DNA of 64,000 nt, from IMG/VR virus record IMGVR_UViG_3300022752_000016, one strand, 5' to 3'. This DNA comes from a virus. Lineage: Duplodnaviria; Caudoviricetes. Below are positions 55,641 to 64,000 of the stretch, in pieces (the first letter of the stretch is position 1; every line of letters begins with the position of its first letter). A model generated the notes under the pieces. The model was not told the DNA's origin, made no database searches, and was given only the letters and a program-made list of their open reading frames with translations. A program made the translations under genes and the position numbers.

Positions 55641-58166
55641 ATGTCAGAAAAAAAGATATATCAAATTTGCTGTCATACTGAACAAGATTGGGACTTTATA
55701 CATGAGGTTTTGACAAAAGATGGCACATTAGAAGATAATATACCAACTAGGGCAGTTGAACTAGTTGATTACAAAGAACATAGTTCTACTAGATCCACTT
55801 ATCTTTTAAGCGATGACGAAGCCCAAGAACTTCAAAAAAATTCAAGAATAAAGTTTGTAAATATTGACTACGCAAGTTATCCTGAGTATAAACCGCCTAA
55901 AGATGAATTACACGCAGCTTTTTATAGATATCCCACTGATATTAAATGTTATAGAAATTTTTCAAATCCAAATATTATGCCAACAGATTTTACTGAGGCC
56001 GACAACAATCGTAGCGGATATCAATTATTACGTGTTACTCAAAAATTAGATCCATGGTATGGTGCAAGTAGTCAAACTGTTCTTGTAAATCGAATTGATA
56101 TGTCTGGTACAGGAAAAGATGTAGATGTGATTGTAGGCGATGAGGGTTGTGCTTTTGGGCATTGTGAATTTCAAACAAATACAGGATCAGGCCCAACCAG
56201 TTTAATTGGCGGTAATCCTCTTTCAACAACAGGTACGTGTATGTTGTTAGATTTAGTGCTTGAGGGTCCATATTACATTGATCCTGCTTATTTTAATGCA
56301 GAACCCTTATCCAGATTAACAACTAGATGGGACGGTACAACAGTTCCTGTCGAAACTGTAGCAAGAAATTGGTGGGGCAATAGTGCAGCTAGATCAAGTC
56401 AATTTAGTTCAATAGGTACTGTTACTATAACTTCATCTTATACTAGGGACAATTGTAACGGTGATAATCAATATTTTCCAAACGAAGGAGATCATGGTAC
56501 GTGTTGTGCAGCACTAACATATGGCAGAACACAAGGTTGGGCTTACAATGCTAATAAATGGTTCATTGATGCATATGGTTCTTACGGTGTTGGTTTAGAG
56601 CAATATTTTGACATTATGAAAATATTTCATTTAAATAAACCTATTAATTCAAAATATGGTACACGTAATCCTACTATTTCAAGTAACAGTTGGGGATATC
56701 GTGCTACATTGCCTATTTCAAGTGGTGCTTATTATTTTAGACAAGGTACTACTGGATCAGGCGGGGTGTCTTTTACAAGTAGTACTAAGCCTGAATTTAT
56801 GAAATATTTAGGAACAACAGGAGATGCTAATAGGTTCAAAGGTGAAATGTTAGATAATAGTTATACTGAAGCAGGCAATGAACTTATTGCATCAGGTGTA
56901 ATTTTTATAGCAGCAGCAGGGAATAGTAATCAACAACAGGTAGGATCTGATCAACCAGATTATAATAATTATTGGGCAACTGGTTTAAATGTAGCCCTTG
57001 CTAATGCAACACATTCAGAATTTGGATTAACATGTTATAATACTACAAGTAGACGTGGTTTCCCACAACAATTAGGTAAATATTTTGAGAATGGACAAGT
57101 AGTGTATCCAGCAATTAATATTGGTGCATTGGATGATCAATACATGTCTGATGGAAAAGAACGAAAAGTTAACTATAGTGATATGGGAAATCAAATTGAT
57201 GTTTATGCTCCAGCAGATGGTACAATGGCTGCAAATAGGAATTACAGTCCACAATATTTAAGACCTGACAGCTATCCAGGATCGGGGGTGCCAGAAGGAT
57301 TCGTTGGACTGTGTAATGCAGTTGCGTATTTAAATGGTACGTCAAGTTTTGATCCAGAACCAAATACAGGTTGGAGGTTAGTCACTAGTAATCAATCATC
57401 TGCGACATTGACTCCTATTCCCAGTGATTTAAAAGGAACTACAGGTTTAAGTTTATTATCACTGACAGGTGGAGACAATGATGATGGATATTATGGAGTT
57501 AATATATCAGGTGGCGGAGGATTTACAATTACCTTTGCAGGTACAACTTTTGGTAATGTCTACATAAACACCAATAGTTTAGTTACTTTTACAAGTGCAT
57601 ATATTCAACTTGTGTTTAATGTATCTACTCCAAATATGCGTAAAATTTGTATAAATGCAGACGATAATAGTTGCCAAAGATGTTGGGGTGGATTTGAAGG
57701 AACTGCTCCTAATAGAAGAATAAGATTTAGATATGAAGGTACTAATGATATAAGCGGAGTAGTTGGTAGTCCAAATATGGTTTGGGAATTAACCTTATAC
57801 GAAAATGCTAGAAACCAATTTGATATACAAATAGGTGTTAATGCTAGACAAACTTCACTATTTTATGATGCAGCATTTGGAGGCACTAGTGCTGCATGTC
57901 CTGTTGCTACTGGTTTTATTGCAACTGTTTTACAATATAATAGGAATTGGACTTGGAAAGAAGTGCGACAATATTTACAAAATTTAGAAGTACAAGATAC
58001 GACAAGGTTCTACCAAGGACCTACACCTGAAACTGCAAATAGTGTTTCTTGGGCAGATTTAAATAGTTTAATGGGGGGAGATAGACGAGTATTATATAAT
58101 AAGACAGATTATGTAAATATGTCAGGGAACAATTTGTCAATTACAGGAAGTAATTTTAGCTCCTAA
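55641..58166 (+). CDS. Subtilisin-like S8 serine protease 2, with an inserted domain of about 190 aa before the catalytic Ser
   Basis: DVIVGDEG, DHGTCCAA, AAGNS and FGGTSAACP; clear paralog of 53335..55344. Confidence 0.88.
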   Translation: MSEKKIYQICCHTEQDWDFIHEVLTKDGTLEDNIPTRAVELVDYKEHSSTRSTYLLSDDEAQELQKNSRIKFVNIDYASYPEYKPPKDELHAAFYRYPTDIKCYRNFSNPNIMPTDFTEADNNRSGYQLLRVTQKLDPWYGASSQTVLVNRIDMSGTGKDVDVIVGDEGCAFGHCEFQTNTGSGPTSLIGGNPLSTTGTCMLLDLVLEGPYYIDPAYFNAEPLSRLTTRWDGTTVPVETVARNWWGNSAARSSQFSSIGTVTITSSYTRDNCNGDNQYFPNEGDHGTCCAALTYGRTQGWAYNANKWFIDAYGSYGVGLEQYFDIMKIFHLNKPINSKYGTRNPTISSNSWGYRATLPISSGAYYFRQGTTGSGGVSFTSSTKPEFMKYLGTTGDANRFKGEMLDNSYTEAGNELIASGVIFIAAAGNSNQQQVGSDQPDYNNYWATGLNVALANATHSEFGLTCYNTTSRRGFPQQLGKYFENGQVVYPAINIGALDDQYMSDGKERKVNYSDMGNQIDVYAPADGTMAANRNYSPQYLRPDSYPGSGVPEGFVGLCNAVAYLNGTSSFDPEPNTGWRLVTSNQSSATLTPIPSDLKGTTGLSLLSLTGGDNDDGYYGVNISGGGGFTITFAGTTFGNVYINTNSLVTFTSAYIQLVFNVSTPNMRKICINADDNSCQRCWGGFEGTAPNRRIRFRYEGTNDISGVVGSPNMVWELTLYENARNQFDIQIGVNARQTSLFYDAAFGGTSAACPVATGFIATVLQYNRNWTWKEVRQYLQNLEVQDTTRFYQGPTPETANSVSWADLNSLMGGDRRVLYNKTDYVNMSGNNLSITGSNFSS

Positions 58167-58263
58167 AAAATCTAAAAAATTAATAAATACTTTATCATTT
58201 TATGATTTATGCGGTTCCCGCCGCGTAGTGGAATAGAACCCACATATTATAAGGAGAAAACAA

Positions 58264-59493
58264 ATGGGCCGCCCTTTAAAAATTGCCAAAGCGCAAGCAA
58301 TTCTAACAATTACAGATACTACAGCAGCAACAGATTATGTAACAGTTAGTCAAAGTTTAACAAATTTAGGTGTAATTGCTGGTATGCCTTTTGTTACTGC
58401 AAGTTCAACAGGTGGATTAACAGCAGGTACAACATATTACATTTTGCAAGTAATTAATGCTAACAATTTTACAGTATCAGCAACTCAACTCAGTGCTAAT
58501 CCAACTTATGCTGTAGTTGCATTAAGTGATACATCAGGTACTACAGTAAGTGCAACAGTAGGTGTTGTTGATAGTGGATTTAACAATCCAGAAGGCACAG
58601 CAAATACATATGGCGTAGTTGGTGGTAATACTGCTATTATTGGAAAACAAGTTTTATGCCGTGTTGCGATAGGTGTAACTGGGACTGGCAATATATATAC
58701 TTCAAATGCAAGTGATATTGTAGTAGGACAAGGTACTGATTTTGGTAATGTAGCAGATTTAGCAGCAGGATCAGCAATTCAAGTTATTAACAGTCAAACA
58801 GGTGCTGTAACAAATATTGGATTTGTAAATGCTGTTGCAGCTATTACAGAGGCAGTAACTGATACAGTGGCTACAGGATCTTTTGTTGTAACAAGTGGTA
58901 ATGCTCAAAACTTTCTGCCAAATGCACCATTAACATTTGATGCAAACATTGGTGGTTTAACAACAGGCACAACATATTACATTAAAACAGTTGCAAACGC
59001 TACACACTTTACAGTTTCTACAACACAAGGTGGTGTAGCAGTTGCAGTTACAAATGATACTGATACAGCTAATGCAACACAAGATGCGTTTACATTAACT
59101 GCTAATTCCGTTGTTTCTACAAGTAATAGTGCATGGATTTACGCAAATGATGAAGCAGGGTTTATTGTTCGTCAAAAAGGTAAACAAAAATATCTAGTAA
59201 CAGGTGCTACAAGTGGTTTGACAGCACAATGTTACACAGCAAATTTGGCAAACACAGCATTAATACCTAACTCAATGAGTATACTTGCTACATATGCTAA
59301 TACAACAACTCAGCGTGTTCAAAGCTTAAGTGATATTAATTCTGAATTGTTTACAGCAACATCAGGACCAATTGCAACAGGTAATATTGTACTAGCAAAT
59401 GCGACTCCAGTATATGGAACATTTAACAGTGCAGTAGCAGCTAACACAGCAAATGGTTTAATTTACCCATTAGTACAAATTGCATCAGCATAA
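58264..59493 (+). CDS. Virion structural protein with duplicated GGLT.GTTYY...FTVS.T module
   Basis: Late box AATAAATA at 58182 and RBS AAGGAG; Thr/Ala-rich. Confidence 0.75.
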   Translation: MGRPLKIAKAQAILTITDTTAATDYVTVSQSLTNLGVIAGMPFVTASSTGGLTAGTTYYILQVINANNFTVSATQLSANPTYAVVALSDTSGTTVSATVGVVDSGFNNPEGTANTYGVVGGNTAIIGKQVLCRVAIGVTGTGNIYTSNASDIVVGQGTDFGNVADLAAGSAIQVINSQTGAVTNIGFVNAVAAITEAVTDTVATGSFVVTSGNAQNFLPNAPLTFDANIGGLTTGTTYYIKTVANATHFTVSTTQGGVAVAVTNDTDTANATQDAFTLTANSVVSTSNSAWIYANDEAGFIVRQKGKQKYLVTGATSGLTAQCYTANLANTALIPNSMSILATYANTTTQRVQSLSDINSELFTATSGPIATGNIVLANATPVYGTFNSAVAANTANGLIYPLVQIASA

Positions 59494-59496
59494 TAT

Positions 59497-59803
59497 CATG
59501 GCACAACCATTACAAGTTCATACAGAAACCGAGGTAGCTATCCTTCAAGTTCAATATAAAAATCTTGATGAAAAAGTCGATGATTTAAAAGTTGAAGTTA
59601 AAGATATGCGTGTATCTTTAGAAAGGCATTCCAAAGAACACACGGAAATGATGAAGTCTATGGAAGTTTCAGCATCCAATGCACATTCTGAGTTAAGTAA
59701 GAAAATTTCAGCTTTAGAAAAATGGCGTTGGATGTTAATGGGTGCAGGTGTAGTTATCGGAGCTTTAGGTTGGCCTACAATAGGTAAATTATTAGGTAAC
59801 TGA
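59497..59803 (+). CDS. Coiled-coil protein with C-terminal TM (XhlA/holin-like); start ATG 59497 or 59480
   Basis: Heptad coiled coil, then LEKWRWMLMGAGVVIGALG. Confidence 0.55.
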
Positions 59804-60217
59804 TAAAGTTGAGGGAATGTTTCCCTCAACTAATTTTAATTTTTCTTGTACTAATTCAAAATTAATTGTAGAAAATAAACCAGGATGTAGGGGTTTGGGA
59901 TATTGATCTTTCATTACCCAAGCATATCCACAATGTTCATTGTTTAAAATAGGAATAAATTCTATTCCTACATCACAAAAAAATGTATGATAAACAAAAG
60001 TTTTATTAACAAATTTTTGAATAGGAATTAATTTATATAAGGTTATATCGAAATTTATTTCTTCTAAACATTCTCTTTTTAAACCAGTAAACAGTGTTTC
60101 ATTTTTTTCAATTTTGCCACCTGGAATACCCCAAGACGCATTTTTGTCTGTTCTTAATAAAAAAAGATATCGATTTGTTGATTTACTGTAAAAAAAAATA
60201 CCTGCTGAATTACTCAT
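59792..60217 (-). CDS. NUDIX hydrolase
   Basis: W..PGGKIEKNETLFTGLKRECLEEI Nudix box and LN.EH.GY.W. Confidence 0.9.
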   Translation of the reverse strand: MSNSAGIFFYSKSTNRYLFLLRTDKNASWGIPGGKIEKNETLFTGLKRECLEEINFDITLYKLIPIQKFVNKTFVYHTFFCDVGIEFIPILNNEHCGYAWVMKDQYPKPLHPGLFSTINFELVQEKLKLVEGNIPSTLSVT

Positions 60218-60235
60218 ATTAATAATTTATCTAAA

Positions 60236-61606
60236 TTAAATTACAATAGAATAATCTCCTTCACCATACCATCCTTCATAAGATTTATACCAGGCATTAT
60301 CATTAAAGCGATATTGCACATTATTAGTTAAATTTGTTACATATTCTATTGTAGTTGCAGTGTTTGAATTAAAAACAACGTTCCAAAGGCCAGTAGTCGA
60401 ATTATACTGTATTATATCATTTGCATTTGCAACAAGAGTTCCCCAGCCTTGTGTAGTTTCTCCAATACTTCCAATTTCTTCAACAAGTAAGTATCTTGTA
60501 TTATTAATAGGTCCTGGTAATCCAAAATTAGGTGACATTAATCTAGGATTTATAATTTTATTAACTGGCAGTAACGTATTTTGTGGCAGTGTGTCAGGGT
60601 CAATATTATACAATAAAATCCTATCATCTAAAGGATCAGGTACAATTGTTCCAACAATATCTTCATCCATATATGGATTTTCTAACCAAATTTGACTTAT
60701 ACCTGGTTTAAATTCGCCATAAACATTTAAAAAACTACTCCAGTATAATGAACTATTCGGTGGGATAGGTAATTCTATTTCTGTATTTGGTGGATAAAAT
60801 GGTTGATTTGCAGGCAATAGTTGTAAAGTATTATTAATTAACAAAATTTTATAACCAAATGGTGTAATTTTCTGTCTTGTCCCTAATAGTAAATCATCGT
60901 CTTGCATATCTTCTAAGGCTTTGCCTTGAAAAATACTTGTTATAATTTTATAAATTACTCCTGCCTTTTTAAGTTTACTAGAATTACTTAACCAAATAGG
61001 CATATAAAACTTCCATGTAAGTACATCAATAGGATTATTAGTACCTTGAGGAATTGAACGAGATGAAAAAGTAAGTCCATCCTGATATACAACAGATAGC
61101 GAAGTCCAATCTACGAAGTTATCAGTACTTTGTATCTCCAAACTTGGATTAAATAGTGTTCCCAGTTGTTCTATTAATTCTAATTTTTGATTATAATTTG
61201 TTGTCCAAAAGTCTACTGTAACTCTTAGAGTATATGGGACAGGCATAAGTCTTTCTATTGTAAATGCTTGTCCTTGGGTCTGCATGTATGACTCAGTTTG
61301 TTGATCATAAGTTCTTTGTCTTACATTAAGTTTATCAACATAATAAGGTTCTTGTGTTCTACTTTGATCATATTCCAATCCACTTATATAATATGTAATT
61401 AAAGGAGCACTGGGTAAATTACTACTTGAATTTTTTGCAATTATAGTTGCAGCTTGTCTACTACTATCTCCATACATTATAGGCACTCTAACTAATATAT
61501 TATGACCATTGGGATCTTTACCTTTGGTTACATACCAATTGCTAAAAATTTTAGCGAATTGTAACAAAAAACGTCTTATTTGTTGATCGTAAAAAAATTG
61601 TGCCAT
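60236..61606 (-). CDS. Tail completion/sheath-stabiliser protein, T4 gp15-like
   Basis: FFYD.QIRRF+LQF, VPI.YG, PVPY.L..DFW, Q.LE++EQ+..LFNP pattern. Confidence 0.7.
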   Translation of the reverse strand: MAQFFYDQQIRRFLLQFAKIFSNWYVTKGKDPNGHNILVRVPIMYGDSSRQAATIIAKNSSSNLPSAPLITYYISGLEYDQSRTQEPYYVDKLNVRQRTYDQQTESYMQTQGQAFTIERLMPVPYTLRVTVDFWTTNYNQKLELIEQLGTLFNPSLEIQSTDNFVDWTSLSVVYQDGLTFSSRSIPQGTNNPIDVLTWKFYMPIWLSNSSKLKKAGVIYKIITSIFQGKALEDMQDDDLLLGTRQKITPFGYKILLINNTLQLLPANQPFYPPNTEIELPIPPNSSLYWSSFLNVYGEFKPGISQIWLENPYMDEDIVGTIVPDPLDDRILLYNIDPDTLPQNTLLPVNKIINPRLMSPNFGLPGPINNTRYLLVEEIGSIGETTQGWGTLVANANDIIQYNSTTGLWNVVFNSNTATTIEYVTNLTNNVQYRFNDNAWYKSYEGWYGEGDYSIVI

Positions 61607-61609
61607 AAT

Positions 61610-63328
61610 TTAAGGTTTAGGTGGTAAATCAGGAAAAGGTAAATCAAGTATAGAAGATAAAGGTTGTGCACTAGGAATATAAGTTTGTGTTTGTTGGGTA
61701 AATATAACTTCTTTGTTATTTATAAAAGATGAACGTAAAGATTTATCTTCATCTGTAAATCCTGTTTCAGTACGAACTTTTTTAGAAATTCTAACCCAAA
61801 TTTTACCGTCCCATCTATATAAAATTTGCGGTAAATAATCAATTCGTAAAAAATAATCACCTACCTGAGGATTTTTAGGAAAACTTATGCCTGCACCTGA
61901 AGGTAACCCGTTAGGTGGTAGTCCTGTACCAGTCATATACCCTATGGCATAACCATAACTTCTAGGAGTAGCCCTCGCAATATATTGAAATCTAGGATCA
62001 GCGTCCGCACGATAATCCATTTGCTGGGTAACTGTTCCAGTAAATCCTGGTTCTACGGGGTTTTGATCGGCTGTAGCATAAGTATTGTCTGCTGTACCAT
62101 AAGGTCCAGTTACTGGTCCCATTGAACGCACCACTAGTACTTTTTCTCCAGAGACTTGTCCTGAACCAGTATCTAGTTTTTCTAAAGCTACTGTTTGAAC
62201 TTCTAAACTTGTCTGTACAAACTTATCTAGCTTATCCGCTAAATGATCCATGTCTACAGTCATGTCCCAAAAATTGCTTAATTCGGCATTGTTTAGTTTA
62301 ATCACAGGACTTGCATTTTTATATTTAGGATTTCTAACCATAGCAACTGTACCTGTTACAGTTGTAATAGGTGGCCCATTATTTGTATTAACATTAATAG
62401 GAGGAGCAGGCTGCCCAACTTTATGTGAAAGAACATTATTTTCTTCGTATTCACCATAAGTTGGCAAAACATAAAGTCGAGAATCATCATATCCCGCTAA
62501 AGGTAAAATACGTTTTGCTTCATCAAGGACAGCATTATTAATTTCAATGTTTTTATTATAGGTAGCAAGTATATCTTTAAGGTCTTCTGCTGTATCGATT
62601 TCCCAATATGTACTATTTGGCGGAGTTATACCTGCAGGTACTTCAATTTTAGATTTATAATTTTTATTACCAAAACTTACAACATATCCTGCAGGATAAA
62701 CTTTTGTATTATCGTAAATTCCTAAATAGGTATCATTATTAATTGGTTCTTGAAGTATTTGACTAAATTCCTGACTATCAATTAAAGGTTCACATTTAAT
62801 GCGCCAAAGATGTGGATACCATGTTTGACTGAAACCTTCACTCGCAAAGTTTGAATCAGTAATTTGATAAAATCTTTTAAGTGCAACTGGAATAGTTTCA
62901 GGCAACGGATTGTAATCAAGCAAATGTGGGAGTTCTAAAACATCTCCTACCATAAGTTTTCTACCAATTATATCAATCATATCATTATAATGTACAGTTA
63001 CAAATATTATGTCATTATTTAAAAATAAACCGAATTGACTTAAATCAAAATCAAGATTTTGTACATTATAATGACCACGCAACCTATATATGTTTGGATC
63101 GTAACTACGGTCTCTATTTTCTAAAAATAATAGGTCCTGAATATTATTAGGGTTAAGATTACTGTACTCAGGTAAGGTATAATCTTCGCTAGCACCTTGA
63201 TTAGTTGGCCCTAAATACTTGTGAATGTATAAATCAGTGCCACCAACCGTAAGCATCTCCGATATTGTCTTATCGAAAAACCTGTAGTCATTTTGTTTAT
63301 TTGGTCTATAAAGAGATAATTTTGGCAT
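61610..63328 (-). CDS. Neck protein, T4 gp14-like head-closure protein with long C-terminal extension
   Basis: IQDLLFLENRDR.YD, FDLSQFG and GD++ELP motifs; late box GATAAATA on the minus strand at 63333-63340. Confidence 0.7.
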   Translation of the reverse strand: MPKLSLYRPNKQNDYRFFDKTISEMLTVGGTDLYIHKYLGPTNQGASEDYTLPEYSNLNPNNIQDLLFLENRDRSYDPNIYRLRGHYNVQNLDFDLSQFGLFLNNDIIFVTVHYNDMIDIIGRKLMVGDVLELPHLLDYNPLPETIPVALKRFYQITDSNFASEGFSQTWYPHLWRIKCEPLIDSQEFSQILQEPINNDTYLGIYDNTKVYPAGYVVSFGNKNYKSKIEVPAGITPPNSTYWEIDTAEDLKDILATYNKNIEINNAVLDEAKRILPLAGYDDSRLYVLPTYGEYEENNVLSHKVGQPAPPINVNTNNGPPITTVTGTVAMVRNPKYKNASPVIKLNNAELSNFWDMTVDMDHLADKLDKFVQTSLEVQTVALEKLDTGSGQVSGEKVLVVRSMGPVTGPYGTADNTYATADQNPVEPGFTGTVTQQMDYRADADPRFQYIARATPRSYGYAIGYMTGTGLPPNGLPSGAGISFPKNPQVGDYFLRIDYLPQILYRWDGKIWVRISKKVRTETGFTDEDKSLRSSFINNKEVIFTQQTQTYIPSAQPLSSILDLPFPDLPPKP

Positions 63329-63349
63329 ATAGTATTTATCGGATCAGGC

Positions 63350-63378
63350 TTGACAATAAATGGGCTTTATCGTATAAT
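63350..63378 (+). promoter_or_regulatory. Perfect sigma70 promoter TTGACA-N17-TATAAT, divergent from the neck gene
   Basis: TTGACA 63350-63355, TATAAT 63373-63378. Confidence 0.92.
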
Positions 63379-63407
63379 AGTAAATACTGTAAATTTTGGA
63401 GAATTAC

Positions 63408-64000
63408 ATGGCACGAAAGGCAAAAGCAGCACCAGTCGAACCTAAACAAAAGACAATTAAAAAGGTCACAAAGTCAGCGACTTCGTTAGTACTAATAAAA
63501 TCACTTGATCCTAAAGATCCTGATACCAAATATTTCGGTAATGAACCTGAATTTACTGTACAACCTGAAAATCGTTTTACAGCATTGGCAAAAGCTTTTA
63601 CTTGGTACAATAGATTTTATACAAGAAAAGATGCTAAGGAAGCACTTGCACAATATCTAGACCAAAGTGACAGGGCAGTAGATGCGAAGATTATTAGGAA
63701 AGTAGATGACAATGAATTGATTCCCACTATTTGTTGGTTGAGTCGAATGAAATTACGTGGCTTAGAACTAAACGAACAGGAACAAGCTACATTGGACAAA
63801 GAAATTTCACGTTTAATAAAGGCTGTTCATAAGCCTGAATTAAGAATTTCAGCTACTGGTAAAAATTCAATTTTTAAAAAAGAATCTCTTAAACCAAATG
63901 TTCAAGATATCATGCGTCAACGTACCCGAGAGGCAGGTGGTGAACTAGAGGGTTTGTTTGATGATTTTATTACTGAAGGTGCAAGTGCTAAGTTTGCTAT
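63408..64000 (+). CDS. Early hypothetical protein, truncated by the window end (MARKAKAAPVEPKQ...FTWYNRFY...)
   Basis: RBS GGAG and ATG 63408; frame read by hand is open to base 64000. Confidence 0.8.
   Translation, partial: MARKAKAAPVEPKQKTIKKVTKSATSLVLIKSLDPKDPDTKYFGNEPEFTVQPENRFTALAKAFTWYNRFYTRKDAKEALAQYLDQSDRAVDAKIIRKVDDNELIPTICWLSRMKLRGLELNEQEQATLDKEISRLIKAVHKPELRISATGKNSIFKKESLKPNVQDIMRQRTREAGGELEGLFDDFITEGASAKFA

Noticed and set aside
1-64000. Alternative genetic code (stop-codon reassignment), as seen in some large phages
   Set aside because: Core genes are full length in the standard code; TAA, TAG and TGA all terminate genes at expected positions.
1-64000. tRNA, rRNA, intron, intein or integrase
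   Set aside because: Intergenic gaps are short and no cloverleaf was seen by eye. TerL, RecA, helicases and ThyA have normal lengths with no insertions, and there are no recombinase motifs. A tRNAscan/Infernal run would be needed to be certain.

Overview
AT-rich (roughly 30-33% GC by eye) 64 kb segment of a large lytic tailed dsDNA phage with T4-like (myovirus-type) modules. It is densely coding and mostly on the + strand. Core genes: DHFR and ThyA, T4 gp17-like large terminase, gp32-like SSB, RecA/UvsX, UvsY, UvsW-like helicase, primase, gp41/DnaB helicase, exonucleases, spanin-like pair, baseplate, tail-fibre, neck and tail-completion proteins, and two virion-type subtilases. Near-consensus sigma70 promoters and a recurrent T4-late-like ATAAATA box are present. 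The accessory block at about 18.6-30.1 kb carries host-derived genes: ugd/epimerase, phoX, pstS, a plcP-like metallophosphoesterase plus agt-like GT4, ahpC/ahpD, and a LuxR regulator plus collagen cassette. Pho-box-like repeats lie upstream of phoX and of the plcP/agt unit. Most striking observations: (1) a 938-aa protein built of in-frame cassettes of very different GC content, delimited by a conserved 15-nt repeat encoding GVAE(G), which resembles a prohead-protease site; (2) an apparently complete phage-borne phosphate-starvation and phospholipid-to-glycolipid remodelling kit; (3) a 194-aa mini Pol III alpha catalytic core coupled to a DEDDh exonuclease; (4) a seven-member family of tiny W-rich paralogs. 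All family assignments come from motif recognition by eye, with no database searches. I saw no tRNA, rRNA, CRISPR array or integrase.
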